NCBI RefSeq assembly: GCF_006345805.1
Contig: NC_042999.1
Span: 121,396,001 to 121,460,000 of the forward strand
Length of the DNA: 64,000 nucleotides
Origin: Octopus sinensis
Lineage: Eukaryota
Direction of reading: 5' to 3'
Shown here in pieces: positions 39,119 to 51,845 of the stretch. How positions within the stretch are numbered: the stretch's first letter is position 1; each line of letters starts with the position of its first letter. A program made the position numbers and the translations under genes. The notes beneath the pieces are model-generated. The model had not been told where the DNA came from. It was given only the letters and a program-made list of their open reading frames with translations, and made no database searches.

Positions 39119-39881
39119 ATATATATAGATATATGGATACATATATATATATATACATATATATACATATATGTATACACATATATATATATACACATAT
39201 ATGTATACATATATATATACACATAAATGTATACATATATATATACACATATATGTATACATATATGTATATATATATATATACATATATGTATAAATAT
39301 ATGTATACACATATGTATACATATATGTATACATATATGTATACATATATATATACATATATATATGTATATATAAATGTATACATATATGTATGTATAC
39401 ATATATGTATACATATATGTATACACATATGTATACATATATGTATACATATATATATACATATATGTAATATATATATGTATACATAATGTATACATAT
39501 ATTATATAAATACATATATGTATACATATATGTATAATATATATATACATATATGTATACATATATATATATATACACATATGTATATATATATATATAT
39601 ATGTATACATAAATGTATACATATATGTATATATATATATATACATATATGTATACATATATATATATACACATATGTATTATATATATATATATGTATA
39701 CATAAATGTATACATATTTATTTAAATACTATATATATTATATACATATATATATATACATATATGTATATATATATATATACATAAATGTATACATATA
39801 TTATATAAATACATATATATATTATATACATTATATATATACATATATGTATATATATATATATGTATACATAATGTATAC
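39119..39881. repeat. AT-rich minisatellite
   Basis: Directly visible (atatgtatacat and cataaatgtatacat units). Confidence 0.95.
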
Positions 39882-42301
39882 CTGTTGAGGCAGAGGCAAG
39901 TGTGTGACACTTTGTGAAGACCTGTTGAGGCAGAGGCAAGTGTGTGACACTTGTGGAGACCTGTTGAGGCAAGTGTGTGACACGCGTGACCTTGTGAAGA
40001 CCTGTTGAGGCAAGTGAAATCAAACCAAATCAAAATAGATGAACATCAATGGAATTTGTATCTTTGTGGTTCCAGTACCGGTGGCACACAAGAAAACCAT
40101 CCGATCGTGGCCGTTCGCCAGCCACATCTGGCACCTGTGTCGGTGCACATAAAGACACCATCCGAAGACCCGGCGACGTAGACAGTCCACCTATGCATAC
40201 CTTCCTTCTTGTGACACTTGTGAAGACCTGTTGAGGCAAGTGAAAATCAAATCAAATCAAATCAAATCAAAACAAATCAAAATAGATGAACATAAATGGA
40301 ATTTGTATCTTTGTGGTACCAGTGCCGGTGGCACACAAAAATCATCCGAACGTGGCCGTAGCCAGTACCGCATAGACTGGCCTCCGTGCTTTGGGGACGT
40401 AACAAACACCATCCGATCGTGGCCGTCCGCCAGCCTCGTCTGGCACCTGTGTCGGTGGCACATAAAAACACCATCCGAGCGTGGCCGTCTGCCAGCCTCG
40501 TCTGGCACCTGTGTCGGTGGCACATAAAATCACCCACTACACTCTCGGAGTGGTTGGCGTTAGGAAGGGCATCCAGCTGTAGAAACACTGCCAGATCTGA
40601 CTGGCCTGGTGCAGCCTTCGGGCTCCCCAGACCCCAGTTGAACCGTCCAACCCATGCTAGCATGGAAAACGGACGCTAAATGATGATGATGATGATGATG
40701 ATATATTATATCATATTATATATATGTATATATATATATATATGTATACATAAATGTATACATATATTATATAAATACATATATATATTATATACATATA
40801 TATATATAACATATATGTATATATATATATATATGTATACATAAATGTATACATATATTATATAAATACATATATTATATAAATACATATATATATTATA
40901 TACATATATATATTATATACATATATATATATACATATATGTATATATATATATGTTACATAAATGTATACATATATTATATAAAGACATATATATATTA
41001 TATACATATATATATATACATATATGTATATATATATATATGTATACATAAATGTATACATATATTATATAATACATATATATTATATACATATATATAT
41101 ACATATATGTATATATATATATATGTATACATAAATGTATACATATATTATATAAATACATATATATATTATATACATATATATATATATACATATATGT
41201 ATATATATAATATATGTATACATAAATGTATACATATATTATATAAATACATATATATATTATATACATATATATATATATATGAGCTGTGGGCTCATAA
41301 CAAACATCATCCGATCGTGGCCGTTCGCCAGCGTCATCTGGCACCTGTGTCGGTGGCACATAAAAAACCCATCCGAAGACCCGCAAGACTAGTCAGGCCA
41401 TAACCCGTGGCCTCTACTTGGGACGTAGTCAGTTCACCTGTGCATACCTTCCTTCTTGTGACACTTGTGAAGACCTGTTGAGACAAGTGATCAAATCAAA
41501 TCAAATCAAAATAGATGAACATCATGGAATTTGTATCTTTGTGTACCAGTGCCGGTGGCACACAAGAAAACCATCCGAACGTGGCCGTAGCCAGTACCGC
41601 ATCGACTGGCCTCCGTGCTGTGGGCACGTAACAAACACCATCCATCTGGCACCTGTGTCGGAGACACATAAAAACATCATCCGAAGACCCGGCAAGACTA
41701 GTCAGGCCATAACCCGTGGCCCCTACCTGGACGTTGTCAGTTCACTGTGCATACCTTCCTTCCTTCTTGTGACACTTGTGAAGACCTGTTGAGGCAAGTG
41801 AAAATCAAATCAAATCAAATCAAAATAGATGAACATCAATGGAATTTTATCTTTGTGGTACCAGTGCCGGTGGCACACAAGAAACCATCCGAACGTGGCC
41901 GTAGCCAGTACCACATCGACTGGCCTCCGTGCTGTGGGCATGTAAGAAACACCATCCGATCGTGGCCATTCGTCAGCCTTGTCTGGCACCTGTGTCGGTG
42001 GCACATAAAAACACCATCCGAGCGTGGCCGTTCGCCAGCCTCGTCTGGCACCTGTGTCGGTGGCACATAAAGACACCATCCGAGCGTGGCCGTTCGCCAG
42101 CCTCGTCTGGCACCTGTGTCGGTGGCACATAAAATCACCCACTACACTCTCGGAGTGGTTGGCGTTAGGAAGGGCATCCAGCTGTAGAAACACTGCCAGA
42201 TCTGACTGGCCTGGTGCAGCCTTCGGGCTCCCCAGACCCCAGTTGAACCGTCCAACCCATGCTAGCATGGAAAGCGGACGTTAAATGATGATGATGATGA
42301 T
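39882..42301 (+). repeat. Tandem array of RTE 3'-UTR modules interleaved with an AT higher-order repeat
   Basis: Repeated gaagacctgttgaggcaagtgaaaatcaaatcaaatcaaaatagatgaac heads and ~60-bp ccatccgagcgtggccg...ggcacctgtgtcggtggcacataaaa units. Full (GAT)n-ended tails at ~40500-40703 and ~42130-42301. Confidence 0.9.
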
Positions 42302-42488
42302 ATATACATAAATGTATACATATATTATATAAATACATATATATATTATATACATATATTATATAAATACATATATATATATTATATACATATATATTAT
42401 ATATATATATATACATATATGTATACATATATTATATAAATACACATATATATTATATACATATATGTATATATACATTAAATATAAA

Positions 42489-42770
42489 TCATCATCATCA
42501 TCGTTTAGCGTCCGCTTTCCATGCTAGCATGGGTTGGACGATTTTGACTGAGGGCTGGCGAACCAGATGGCCGCACCAGGCTCCAATCTTGATCTGACAG
42601 AGTTTTTACAACTGGATGCCCTTCCTAACGCCAACCACTCCAAGAGTGTAGTGGGTGCTTTTTACGTGCCACCGGCACGGGGGCCAGTCAGGCGGTACTG
42701 GCAATGACCTCACTCGAATCTTTTTACACATACCACCAGCACAAGTGCCAGTAAGGCGACGCTGGTAATA
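42489..42770 (-). mobile_element. RTE tail, reverse orientation
   Basis: (cat)n-cgtttagcgtccgctttccatgctagcatgggttggacg...ctggatgcccttcctaacgccaaccactcc. Confidence 0.9.
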
Positions 42771-42920
42771 TATATGCATATATATAAATATATATATATT
42801 ATATATAAATATATATTAATATGCATATATATATTCATATATATATATATATAAATATATAAATAATATATACATATATATGTATAGATATATATATTAT
42901 ATACATATATATATATATAT

Positions 42921-43290
42921 ACAAGATAAGAAAATGGAGAAATACATCTAAATCAAATATCAATTACCAGATAATACTCAATCACATACTTTATTAAACC
43001 ACCAATCAAAGAGACTGTAGGGTTAAATATAAAAAGCAGAACAAATCAGTGTACATAAAGGAATGTACATAAAAAAGTGTACATAAAAGAGTAATGTTGT
43101 ATAATAAGTAGAATATATATAAAAGAGAATATAAATACAAGTAAATATAAGTATAAATTAGATCTTACAGCTGTTTCGGCCATGTCAATAATTATGTCTC
43201 ATTTTACCAATATTAGCCCTTTCTGGTTGGTCAATATATAGATATAAATGAGACATTAACAAAAATATCACAAGGCCTCTTCGGAGATTA
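42921..43290 (-). mobile_element. PLE pseudo-LTR-like element with hammerhead
   Basis: AT-rich ~370-bp insert between (AT)n runs. It carries an HHR at its 5' end and an AATAAA downstream on the same strand. Confidence 0.65.
43161..43288 (-). ncRNA. Type I hammerhead with ~90-nt stem II insertion and U4C core change
   Basis: ATCT-CCGAAGA-GGCC...[ATGTCTCATTT/AAATGAGACAT]...GGCC-GAAA-CAGCTG-TA|AGAT; stem III palindrome ACAGCTGT. Confidence 0.7.
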
Positions 43291-43303
43291 TATATATATT
43301 TAA

Positions 43304-44302
43304 TAAGCATCAGATGTGGTGTGCAAGAGAGACAACTGTGCTGGTATGGTCATGTGTTGCAAATGAATGAGAACAGCTATGTTGAAACGTCTCACACCCT
43401 AGCAGTCGAGGGAACCTGTGGAAGTGGAAGACCCAGGAAAACCTGGGATGAGGTGGTGAAGCGCAACCTTTGAACATTCGGCCTTACTGAGGCAATGACT
43501 AGTGACCAAGACCTTTGGAGATATGCTGTGCATGAGATGACACGACAAACCAAATGAGACCATAGTCCATGGCCTATGCCAGTGGGTGTAACCAGCCCAT
43601 TTATGAATAACCCTCATTCATTGGACAATAAACCTCGCTTGTGAAGATCTGTTGTAGCAAGTGAAATCAAAATTGCTTACATGGCCGATGACAGTACCGC
43701 CAGATTGGCACTTGTGCCAGTGGAACGTTAAAAGCACATCCGAGCGTGGGGTGTAACCGGGCCACTTATGAGTACCCCTCATTCATTGGACTGGACAATG
43801 AACTTTGCTTGTGAAGACCTATTGAGGCAAGTGTAAACAAACCAAAATTGCTGACATGGCCGATAACAGTACCTTACTGGAGTCAGAGCGTGACCTTGCT
43901 GGAGCCACGGATTGGCTCTCATGACAGTGACATGTGAAAAGCACCATTTGAGCATGATCATAGCTAACATCACCCTACCGGCACATGTGCCAGTGGCACA
44001 TGAAAAAGAACTTTCGAGTGTGGTCATTGCCAGACTGACTGCTGTGCAGGTATCACATAAAAACATCTTTTGAGCATGAGTGTGGTCATTGCCAGAACTG
44101 CCTGACTTGCTTTTTGTGCCGGTGGCATGTAAAAATCACCCACTACAATCTCGGAGTGGTTGGCATTAGGAAGGGCATTACGCTGTAGGAACTTTGCCAG
44201 ACCAGATTGAGCCTGGTGCAGCCTCTGGCTCACCAATCCTCAGTCAAACAGTCCAACCCATGCCAACATGGAAAGCGGACGTTAAACGATGATGATAATG
44301 AT
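43304..44302 (+). mobile_element. RTE 3' fragment with UTR and tail
   Basis: Homologous to 9580-10243. Confidence 0.9.
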
Positions 44303-44340
44303 AATATTGTATATACGTATATATATTTTTATATATATAT

Positions 44341-44459
44341 ATCACGTAATCACGTAACTGACCAGACTATCAGATGTTGTTAACACCGCTAGTCACAATG
44401 CGTTCGCATTGTTTTAGCTTTCGAATGATGCCACCCCGCTGGCTAAGCGAGCAGGCCAA
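44341..44459. repeat. ~118-bp unclassified interspersed element, copy 1
   Basis: Collinear with 48449-48568 and flanked by (AT)n on both sides. Confidence 0.85.
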
Positions 44460-44482
44460 TATATATATATATATATATATAA

Positions 44483-44517
<35 letters not shown>

Positions 44518-44519
44518 CA

Positions 44520-45000
44520 TATAATAATAATATTAGGGTGTATACCTCCAAACTTACAGGGAATATTCAATTTATTAAATCAAATTTCACAATATAGATA
44601 TATAAAATATAAATTAGAGATAAAACCACTATTATGCAACTCAAACAGTGATAGATATAAACCAAAACATAAATAATAAATAAAATATATTTTTATAAAA
44701 CATATGACTAGATCTCAAAAAGTATATAAATGAATATTCAATATATAATAAGTAAAAAAACTATGTATGCTTCATGGCTACAATTAAATTCGAATTATGA
44801 TGAATTTAGTTTAAAATTATAGTCAATCTTCAGGTTAACAATAATAATAGATATATAAGCAAATAGAGTTAAACAATATTTATTTTAAAAATAAATAAAA
44901 TAATAATTTTTCTTATGGAAGAAACTCCATTAACTAAATTTGAAACTTAAAACAGTTTCCTACAATACATTTATTATGTTAAATATTTAATATTTAGGGT
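44520..45000 (-). mobile_element. PLE pseudo-LTR-like element with a degenerate hammerhead (44761-44838)
   Basis: Minus strand: AAC-CTGAAGA-T-TGACTATAA...TTGTAGCCA-T-GAAG-CATACA-TA|GTT, with GAAA mutated to GAAG. Confidence 0.45.
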
Positions 45001-45049
45001 AAAAAAAAAAAGCAATTTCACATTCCACAACAGCTCTACGCAAGCATAG

Positions 45050-45885
45050 CTTATTGTCCAATGACTGAAGGGTACTCTTAAATGGGCTGATTATACAGCA
45101 CTGGCATAGGCCATGGTTATGTTCTCACTTCACTTTTCGGGTTTTCTCAAGCACAGCATAACTCCAAAACGACTCGGTCATTTGACATTGCCTCAATGAG
45201 GCCCAATATTCAAAGGTCATGCTTCACCACCACATCCCAGGTCTTCCTGGGTCTACCTCTTCCACAGGTTCCCACAACTGCTAGGATGTGACACTTTTTC
45301 AAACAGTTGTACTTATCCATTCACAACACATAACCATGCCAGCACAGTCATCTCTCTTGCACACCACATCTGATGCTTCTTAAGTCCAACTTTTCTCTCA
45401 GGGCACATACACACTGACATTACACATCCAGCAGAGCATACTGGCTTCATTCCCTGGAAGCTTATGCATATCCTCAGCAATCACAGCCCATGTTTCACTG
45501 CCATATAGCATAGCTATTTGCATACATGCATCATACAGTCTACCTTTCATTCTGAGCAAGAGGCTCTATGTCACCAGCAGAGGTATGAGCACTCTGAACT
45601 TTGCCCAGGCTATACCGACTCTAGCAGGTACACTTTCCAAGAATCCACCCCCACTACTGACTTGGTCAATATAGGTAACGAAGCTATCGACTACTTGTAG
45701 TTTTTCCACTGGAATGTGACGGAAGCTGTTCTCCACAGGTTTTCAGTGTTTATTGCTACTGAGCATTTGCCAAACAAAAACTATCATCCCAGTTAACCTT
45801 CCTTTGATATTGCTGCACCTCTTATTGTCCATAGCTTATATTGGGTACATCTTATGGTGTTTCTACCTATACTTTTTGTATATAT
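45050..45885 (-). mobile_element. RTE 3' fragment, decayed
   Basis: Reverse-complement similarity to 9060-9850. Confidence 0.88.
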
Positions 45886-45902
45886 ATATACATACACATA
45901 TA

Positions 45903-46655
45903 TATTAGCAGCTAAACCCAGTTTTACCCGGTCGGTTTGGATGATGTAGCTGTAAAACCTATTCTGAGTAAGCATTCGACTTGTTTGGGCAAGCTTACAT
46001 TAAAAAACAATTTTAGAATGACTTTGTTAAAATGCTAAAAATAACTGACCGACAAAAAAAAAACCGACATTCAATCAAATTAAAAAATAAACCCAAATAC
46101 TAAGCAAACAAAGATGAACCATCCCACAGCCATTGCCCATGCATGCACGCACGCACACACACACACACAAGCATACACACATACACACATTCACATACCC
46201 CACTTTTACATACACACACATATGTTCACACAGAGATGAAATACTGTTTGATTTATATTTTCAGTGTACAATTTTCATCATCCCACTACCAAGCATGACA
46301 TCACCCCTTCTTTCCTTCCTTATTCATCTAGCACACCATCCTTCTCACTCATAAAAACAAGAGTATTATTATAGTACATTATCTCAGTAACAAAGAGAAT
46401 TGTGAAAAACATATGACATCGCCCCTTCCGTCTTTATTTATTGATCACACCTTAATTTCTATTTCATAAACACAAGATATTATTATAGCAGATTATCTCA
46501 TAACCATGGGAGCAATGAAATTATTGCAAAACCCAGCATCACCACCAACTCATTCTACACATCTCTGTAGTTTTACAGGGAATTCTACTCAGCTGTTTGA
46601 CCATGAATCCCGAGAAAAGAAACAATCGCCCATGTCAAATTTATATGTAAAAACA
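45903..46655 (+). mobile_element. Helitron/Helentron-associated (HINE-like) non-autonomous element
   Basis: Starts tattagcagctaaacccagttttacccgg (ACTAG...CCCG-type 5' end). It has an internal (CA)n, a ~120-bp internal duplication, and a 3' part like the cagctgtttg...gaaacaa...aatttatatgt end of DINE-1/HINE elements. Confidence 0.4.
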
Positions 46656-46782
46656 TATATATATATATATATATACATACATACATAAACATATATATAT
46701 ATATATATACAAACATATACATAGATACATATATATTATATATATATATATATATACACACACACAGATACATATATACATA

Positions 46783-47812
46783 TCATTATCATCATCATGG
46801 ACGGTTCTGAACTGGCAGTGATTTCTACAGCTCGATGCTCTCCCTGACGCCAGCCACTCCATGAGTTTAGTGGATGTTTTTACATGTCACTGGCACAGGT
46901 GCTAGGGGAGCTGGCAGCAGACATGATCGGCTGGTGGTTTTTACGTGCCACTGGCGCAGAAGCCAGCCAAGGCAGCGCTGGCATCCGCCACATTCGGATG
47001 GTGCGTTTTACTTGCCACCAGCACAGGTATCACAACTACAATTTCCATTTGATATTTATTTTGATGTTAATGTACTTGACTCAATAGGTCTCTTCAAGCA
47101 CAGCAGGTCACCCGACGATCCAAGGTAAGCACTGCAGGTCGTTCTGCAATCCAAGGTACTTGGATGGGCTGGGGCTATGCGAAACTGGTGAAGGAAACAG
47201 CCATGAACTCACATTATTTGTCGGGTCTTTACCGTCACAGCATATCTCCAGAGATCTCGGTCTTACGTCATTGCCTCTGTGAGGCCCAATGTTCGAAGGT
47301 CATGCTTGACCACCTCATCCCATGTCTTCCTGGATCTACCACTCCCTCAGATACTTCAACTGTTTGGGAGTGGTACTTCACACATCTCTCCTCATCCATC
47401 CATAGTTCATAACCACACCAGCAATAACGTCTCTCTTGCACACCACTTCTGATCTTCTTATGTCCAGCATTTCTCTCGGGGCACTTACACTTCGTCATGT
47501 GAACAACTGACATTACACATCCAGCGGATCATGCTAGCTTCATTTCTTTCAAGCCTATGCATGTCCTCTGCAGTCACAGCCCATGTTTGACTACCATGAA
47601 GCCTGGCTGTTCACACACATGCATCGTACAATCTAAATTTCTCTCTGAGCGAGAGACCATTTGTCACAAGTAGGACTCGAAGCTTTCTAAACTTTGCCCA
47701 AACTATTCATATTCTAGTGGTGACACTGGCTAAGCATCCACTTCCACTACTAACTTGGTCACCTATGTAGCGAAAACTTTCAACTACTTCTAGCTTCTCA
47801 CCCTGGAGTGTG
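46783..47812 (-). mobile_element. RTE 3' fragment with tail, decayed
   Basis: Reverse-complement similarity to the RTE C-terminus and UTR; (cat)n at the left end. Confidence 0.88.
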
Positions 47813-48156
47813 ATATATATATACAAATATATCTATATATACATATGTACAGATACATATACATACTTACATACATGTATATATACAGATACATATACAT
47901 ACTTACATACATGTATATATACATACATATATATACACATATATGCATACATACATATAAAGACACATATATGCATACATACATATATAGATATAAACAT
48001 ATATACATATATATTAGTACATAGATATATAGATATGCATATATATACATATAGACATATATATATATATTATACGCATTTAATACATAGACATATATAT
48101 ATATACACACATATATAAACATATATATATATAATATACATATATCTACAAAAATA

Positions 48157-48190
<34 letters not shown>

Positions 48191-48230
48191 CATAATACAT
48201 ATACCTATATATATCCGTAAACCATATATA

Positions 48231-48367
48231 CATCATCATCATCATCATCGTTTAGCCTCCATTTTCCATGCTAGCATGGGTTGGACGGTTCTACTGGGGT
48301 CTGTGAAGCCAGAAGGCTTCATCAAGCCCAGTCAAATCTGGCAGTATTTCTACGGCTGGATGCCCTT

Positions 48368-48370
<3 letters not shown>
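48231..48370 (-). mobile_element. Truncated RTE tail
   Basis: (cat)n-cgtttagcctccattttccatgctagcatgggttggacgg...ggctggatgcccttcct. Confidence 0.85.
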
Positions 48371-48405
<35 letters not shown>

Positions 48406-48448
48406 CATATATATATATACATATATATATATACATATCTATATATAT

Positions 48449-48568
48449 ATCACGTGATCACGTGACCGACCGGATCATCAGATATTGTTATACATCACTG
48501 GTCACAATGCGTTCACCCTGTTTTAGCCTTCGAATGACGCCACCCCACTGGCTAAGTGAGCAGGCCAA
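48449..48568. repeat. ~118-bp unclassified interspersed element, copy 2
   Basis: Collinear with 44341-44459; begins with the palindromic TCACGTGATCACGTGA. Confidence 0.85.
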
Positions 48569-48585
48569 CATATATATATATATAT

Positions 48586-48792
48586 AACGGGAAGCTTTAT
48601 GAAAATAAACAAAAGACGAAGGCAGGTGGAAAACGAACGAACAATTGTATTAGTATGGCGCTCAGGAAATATAAATAAAACAAGTCTTTAACGTTTCGAG
48701 CCTACGCTCTTCAACAGAAAGATACACAGAGAGAGAAAAACACAGAAAGAAGGAGAGAAAAAAAATGCGTGCAGTAGCTAACGAATCAACAT
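48586..48792 (-). mobile_element. ~205-bp HHR-bearing mini-element (inverted homolog of 54815-55020)
   Basis: Collinear along its length with the reverse complement of 54815-55020; 3' end abuts (AT)n. Confidence 0.85.
48685..48722 (-). ncRNA. Minimal type I hammerhead-like motif with CUGUUGA core
   Basis: TCTTT-CTGTTGA-A-GAGC-GTAG-GCTC-GAAA-CG-TT|AAAGA. Confidence 0.65.
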
Positions 48793-49532
48793 ATACATAC
48801 ATATATATATATATATATACATACATATATACATACATACATATATTTATACATACATACATATACATACATATATTTATACATACATACATATACATAC
48901 ATATATTTATACATACATATATATATATGTACATATATTTATACATACATATATATATATTACATATATTTATACATACATATATATATATGTACATATA
49001 TTTATACATACATATATATATATGTACATATATTTATACATACATATATATATATGTACATATATTTATACATACATATATATATATGTACATATATTTA
49101 TACATACATATATATATATGTACATATATTTATACATACATATATATATGTACATATATTTATACATACATATATATATATGTACGTATATTTATACATA
49201 CATATATATATATGTACATATATTTATACATACATATATAGATATGTACATATATTTATACATACATATATAGATATATACATATATTTATACATACATA
49301 TATACATATGTACATATATTTATACATACATATATACATATGTACATATATTTATACATACATATATACATATGTACATATATTTATACATACATATAAT
49401 ATATATGTACATATATTTATACATACATATATACATATGTACATATATTTATCATACTATATATATATGTACATATATTTATACATACATATATAATCAT
49501 GTACATATATTTATACATACATATAACATATA

Positions 49533-49571
<39 letters not shown>

Positions 49572-49797
49572 CATATACATATATGTACTATATTTATACA
49601 TACATATATACATATGTACATATATTTATACATACATATATACATATATTATATGGTAATATATATATATATATATATATATACATACATATACATATAT
49701 AATATGTATATATATATATAATATATATATACATACATATACATATATATATACATACATATATATATATGTACATATTTTATCCATATATATATAC

Positions 49798-49842
<45 letters not shown>

Positions 49843-49907
49843 CATATACATATATATATATACATACATATATATATATGTACATATATTTATACATACA
49901 TATATAC

Positions 49908-49938
<31 letters not shown>

Positions 49939-49952
49939 TATACATACATTAC

Positions 49953-49985
<33 letters not shown>

Positions 49986-50845
49986 CTACATATACATATA
50001 TATACATACATATACATACATATATATATATATATACATACATATACATATATATACTATATATATATATACATACATATACAGATATATACATATATAT
50101 ATATATATATACAATACATATACATATATATATATTATATACAATACATATACATATATATATATACAATACATATATATATATATATATATATACAATA
50201 CATATATATATATATACAATACATATATATATATACAATACATATATATATACAATACATATATATATATATATATACATATATATATCTACAATACATA
50301 TATATATATACAATACATATACATATATACATACACATATATATATATACAAGACATATATGCATACATATATTTATAAATATACATATATACACACGTA
50401 TATATATAAATGTACATTTATACATATATATATATATATATAAATGTACATATATACATACATATATATATATATAAATGTACATATATACATACATATA
50501 TATATAAATGTACATATATACATACATATATATATAAATGTACATATATACATACATATATATATATATAAATGTACATATATACATATATATATATATA
50601 AATATACATATATACATACATATATACATATTATATATAAATAAATATACATATATACATACATATATATATAAATAAATATACATATATACATACATAT
50701 ATTTATAAATATATACATACATATATATATAAATATATACATACATATATACATACATATATATATAAATATACATACATATATATATAAATATTTTTTC
50801 TAATATTTCATGTGTAAGCATGTATATATATATATATATATATAG
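48793..50845. repeat. AT-rich minisatellite (~30-bp tatatgtacatatatttatacatacatata units decaying to (AT)n/(ATAC)n)
   Basis: Directly visible. Confidence 0.95.
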
Positions 50846-51845
50846 TGACATTGAAGGACGCATCTTTCGATTTACAATCTAATATAGTAGAACATTTAGT
50901 ATATGTCTGTATGTGTATATATATATATATGTGTGTATGTGCATATATATATATATTGCCTGTTATATACATTTTTACTTTTTAATTGTCTTTACTTTTT
51001 AATTGTCACTTTAATTTTAACTTCCCTATGATATACAATTTTCAAGATGGTGTAATTTGGTTGTTCATTTTGAACCTATAAAAGGTTTTTTTTCAAATAC
51101 TTCATGTATAAGTCTGTGTATATATATGTAGTGGTATAAATATCAACACACAAATTTTTTTCTTCTCCTCTTTCTCCCTTATTTTTATTTTCCCTTTTCT
51201 CTTTTTGTCTCTCTCCCCTTCTCCAAACACAGAGACACACACACACACACACACAAACACACAGGGACACACAGAGACACACACACACACCTCCACAAAA
51301 CAATCATACAAAGTAGAAGAGTTCTTAGACCCCAAATGGCATTTGACCATCCTCAAAATCATAAAAGGTGTAATTTATGGCCTGCCTACCCACTGACACA
51401 CACTCAGTGACACTAAAATAGACAAAAGCTAAAATTCTTAGAACTCCCTTGGGGGTCCAGCAGGCTAAAGGAAATCCTTCTTCTTCCCCTCTTTCTCTTT
51501 AGCCTCAAATACAAATGCGCACACACACACACACACACTCATACACACATGTTCTCTCTCTCCTTTCCACCTCATCCACTTCACCCTCTTGTGCTGTCTT
51601 GTTCCTCCCCACCACTATGAAACTATAAAATGATTAAAATTCCCCACAAAGGAATTATTTTGATTTGAAAACCCCACTAGAATGGGAGAAAGCGCTAATG
51701 ATCTGAATGATATGATATATATATGTAAAAAATGTAATATATAAATAAATATCTGTAAATATGAAACATCCGATCTTCTGATTACCTCATTTCTTCTAAT
51801 ATAAATATACATATATATATACATATATTGCATACATATATACAT

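Noticed and set aside
39882-42301. Repeat-spacer look of the RTE UTR array (CRISPR-like)
   Set aside because: Eukaryotic context, units homologous to the RTE 3' UTR, non-unique spacers, and no cas genes.
34329-50863. Dozens of long Y/I/H/T/M/C-rich ORFs (e.g. 34605-35936, 49769-50443; also 16402-16841)
   Set aside because: They are translations of (AT)n/(ATAC)n minisatellites that happen to lack stop codons; not genes.
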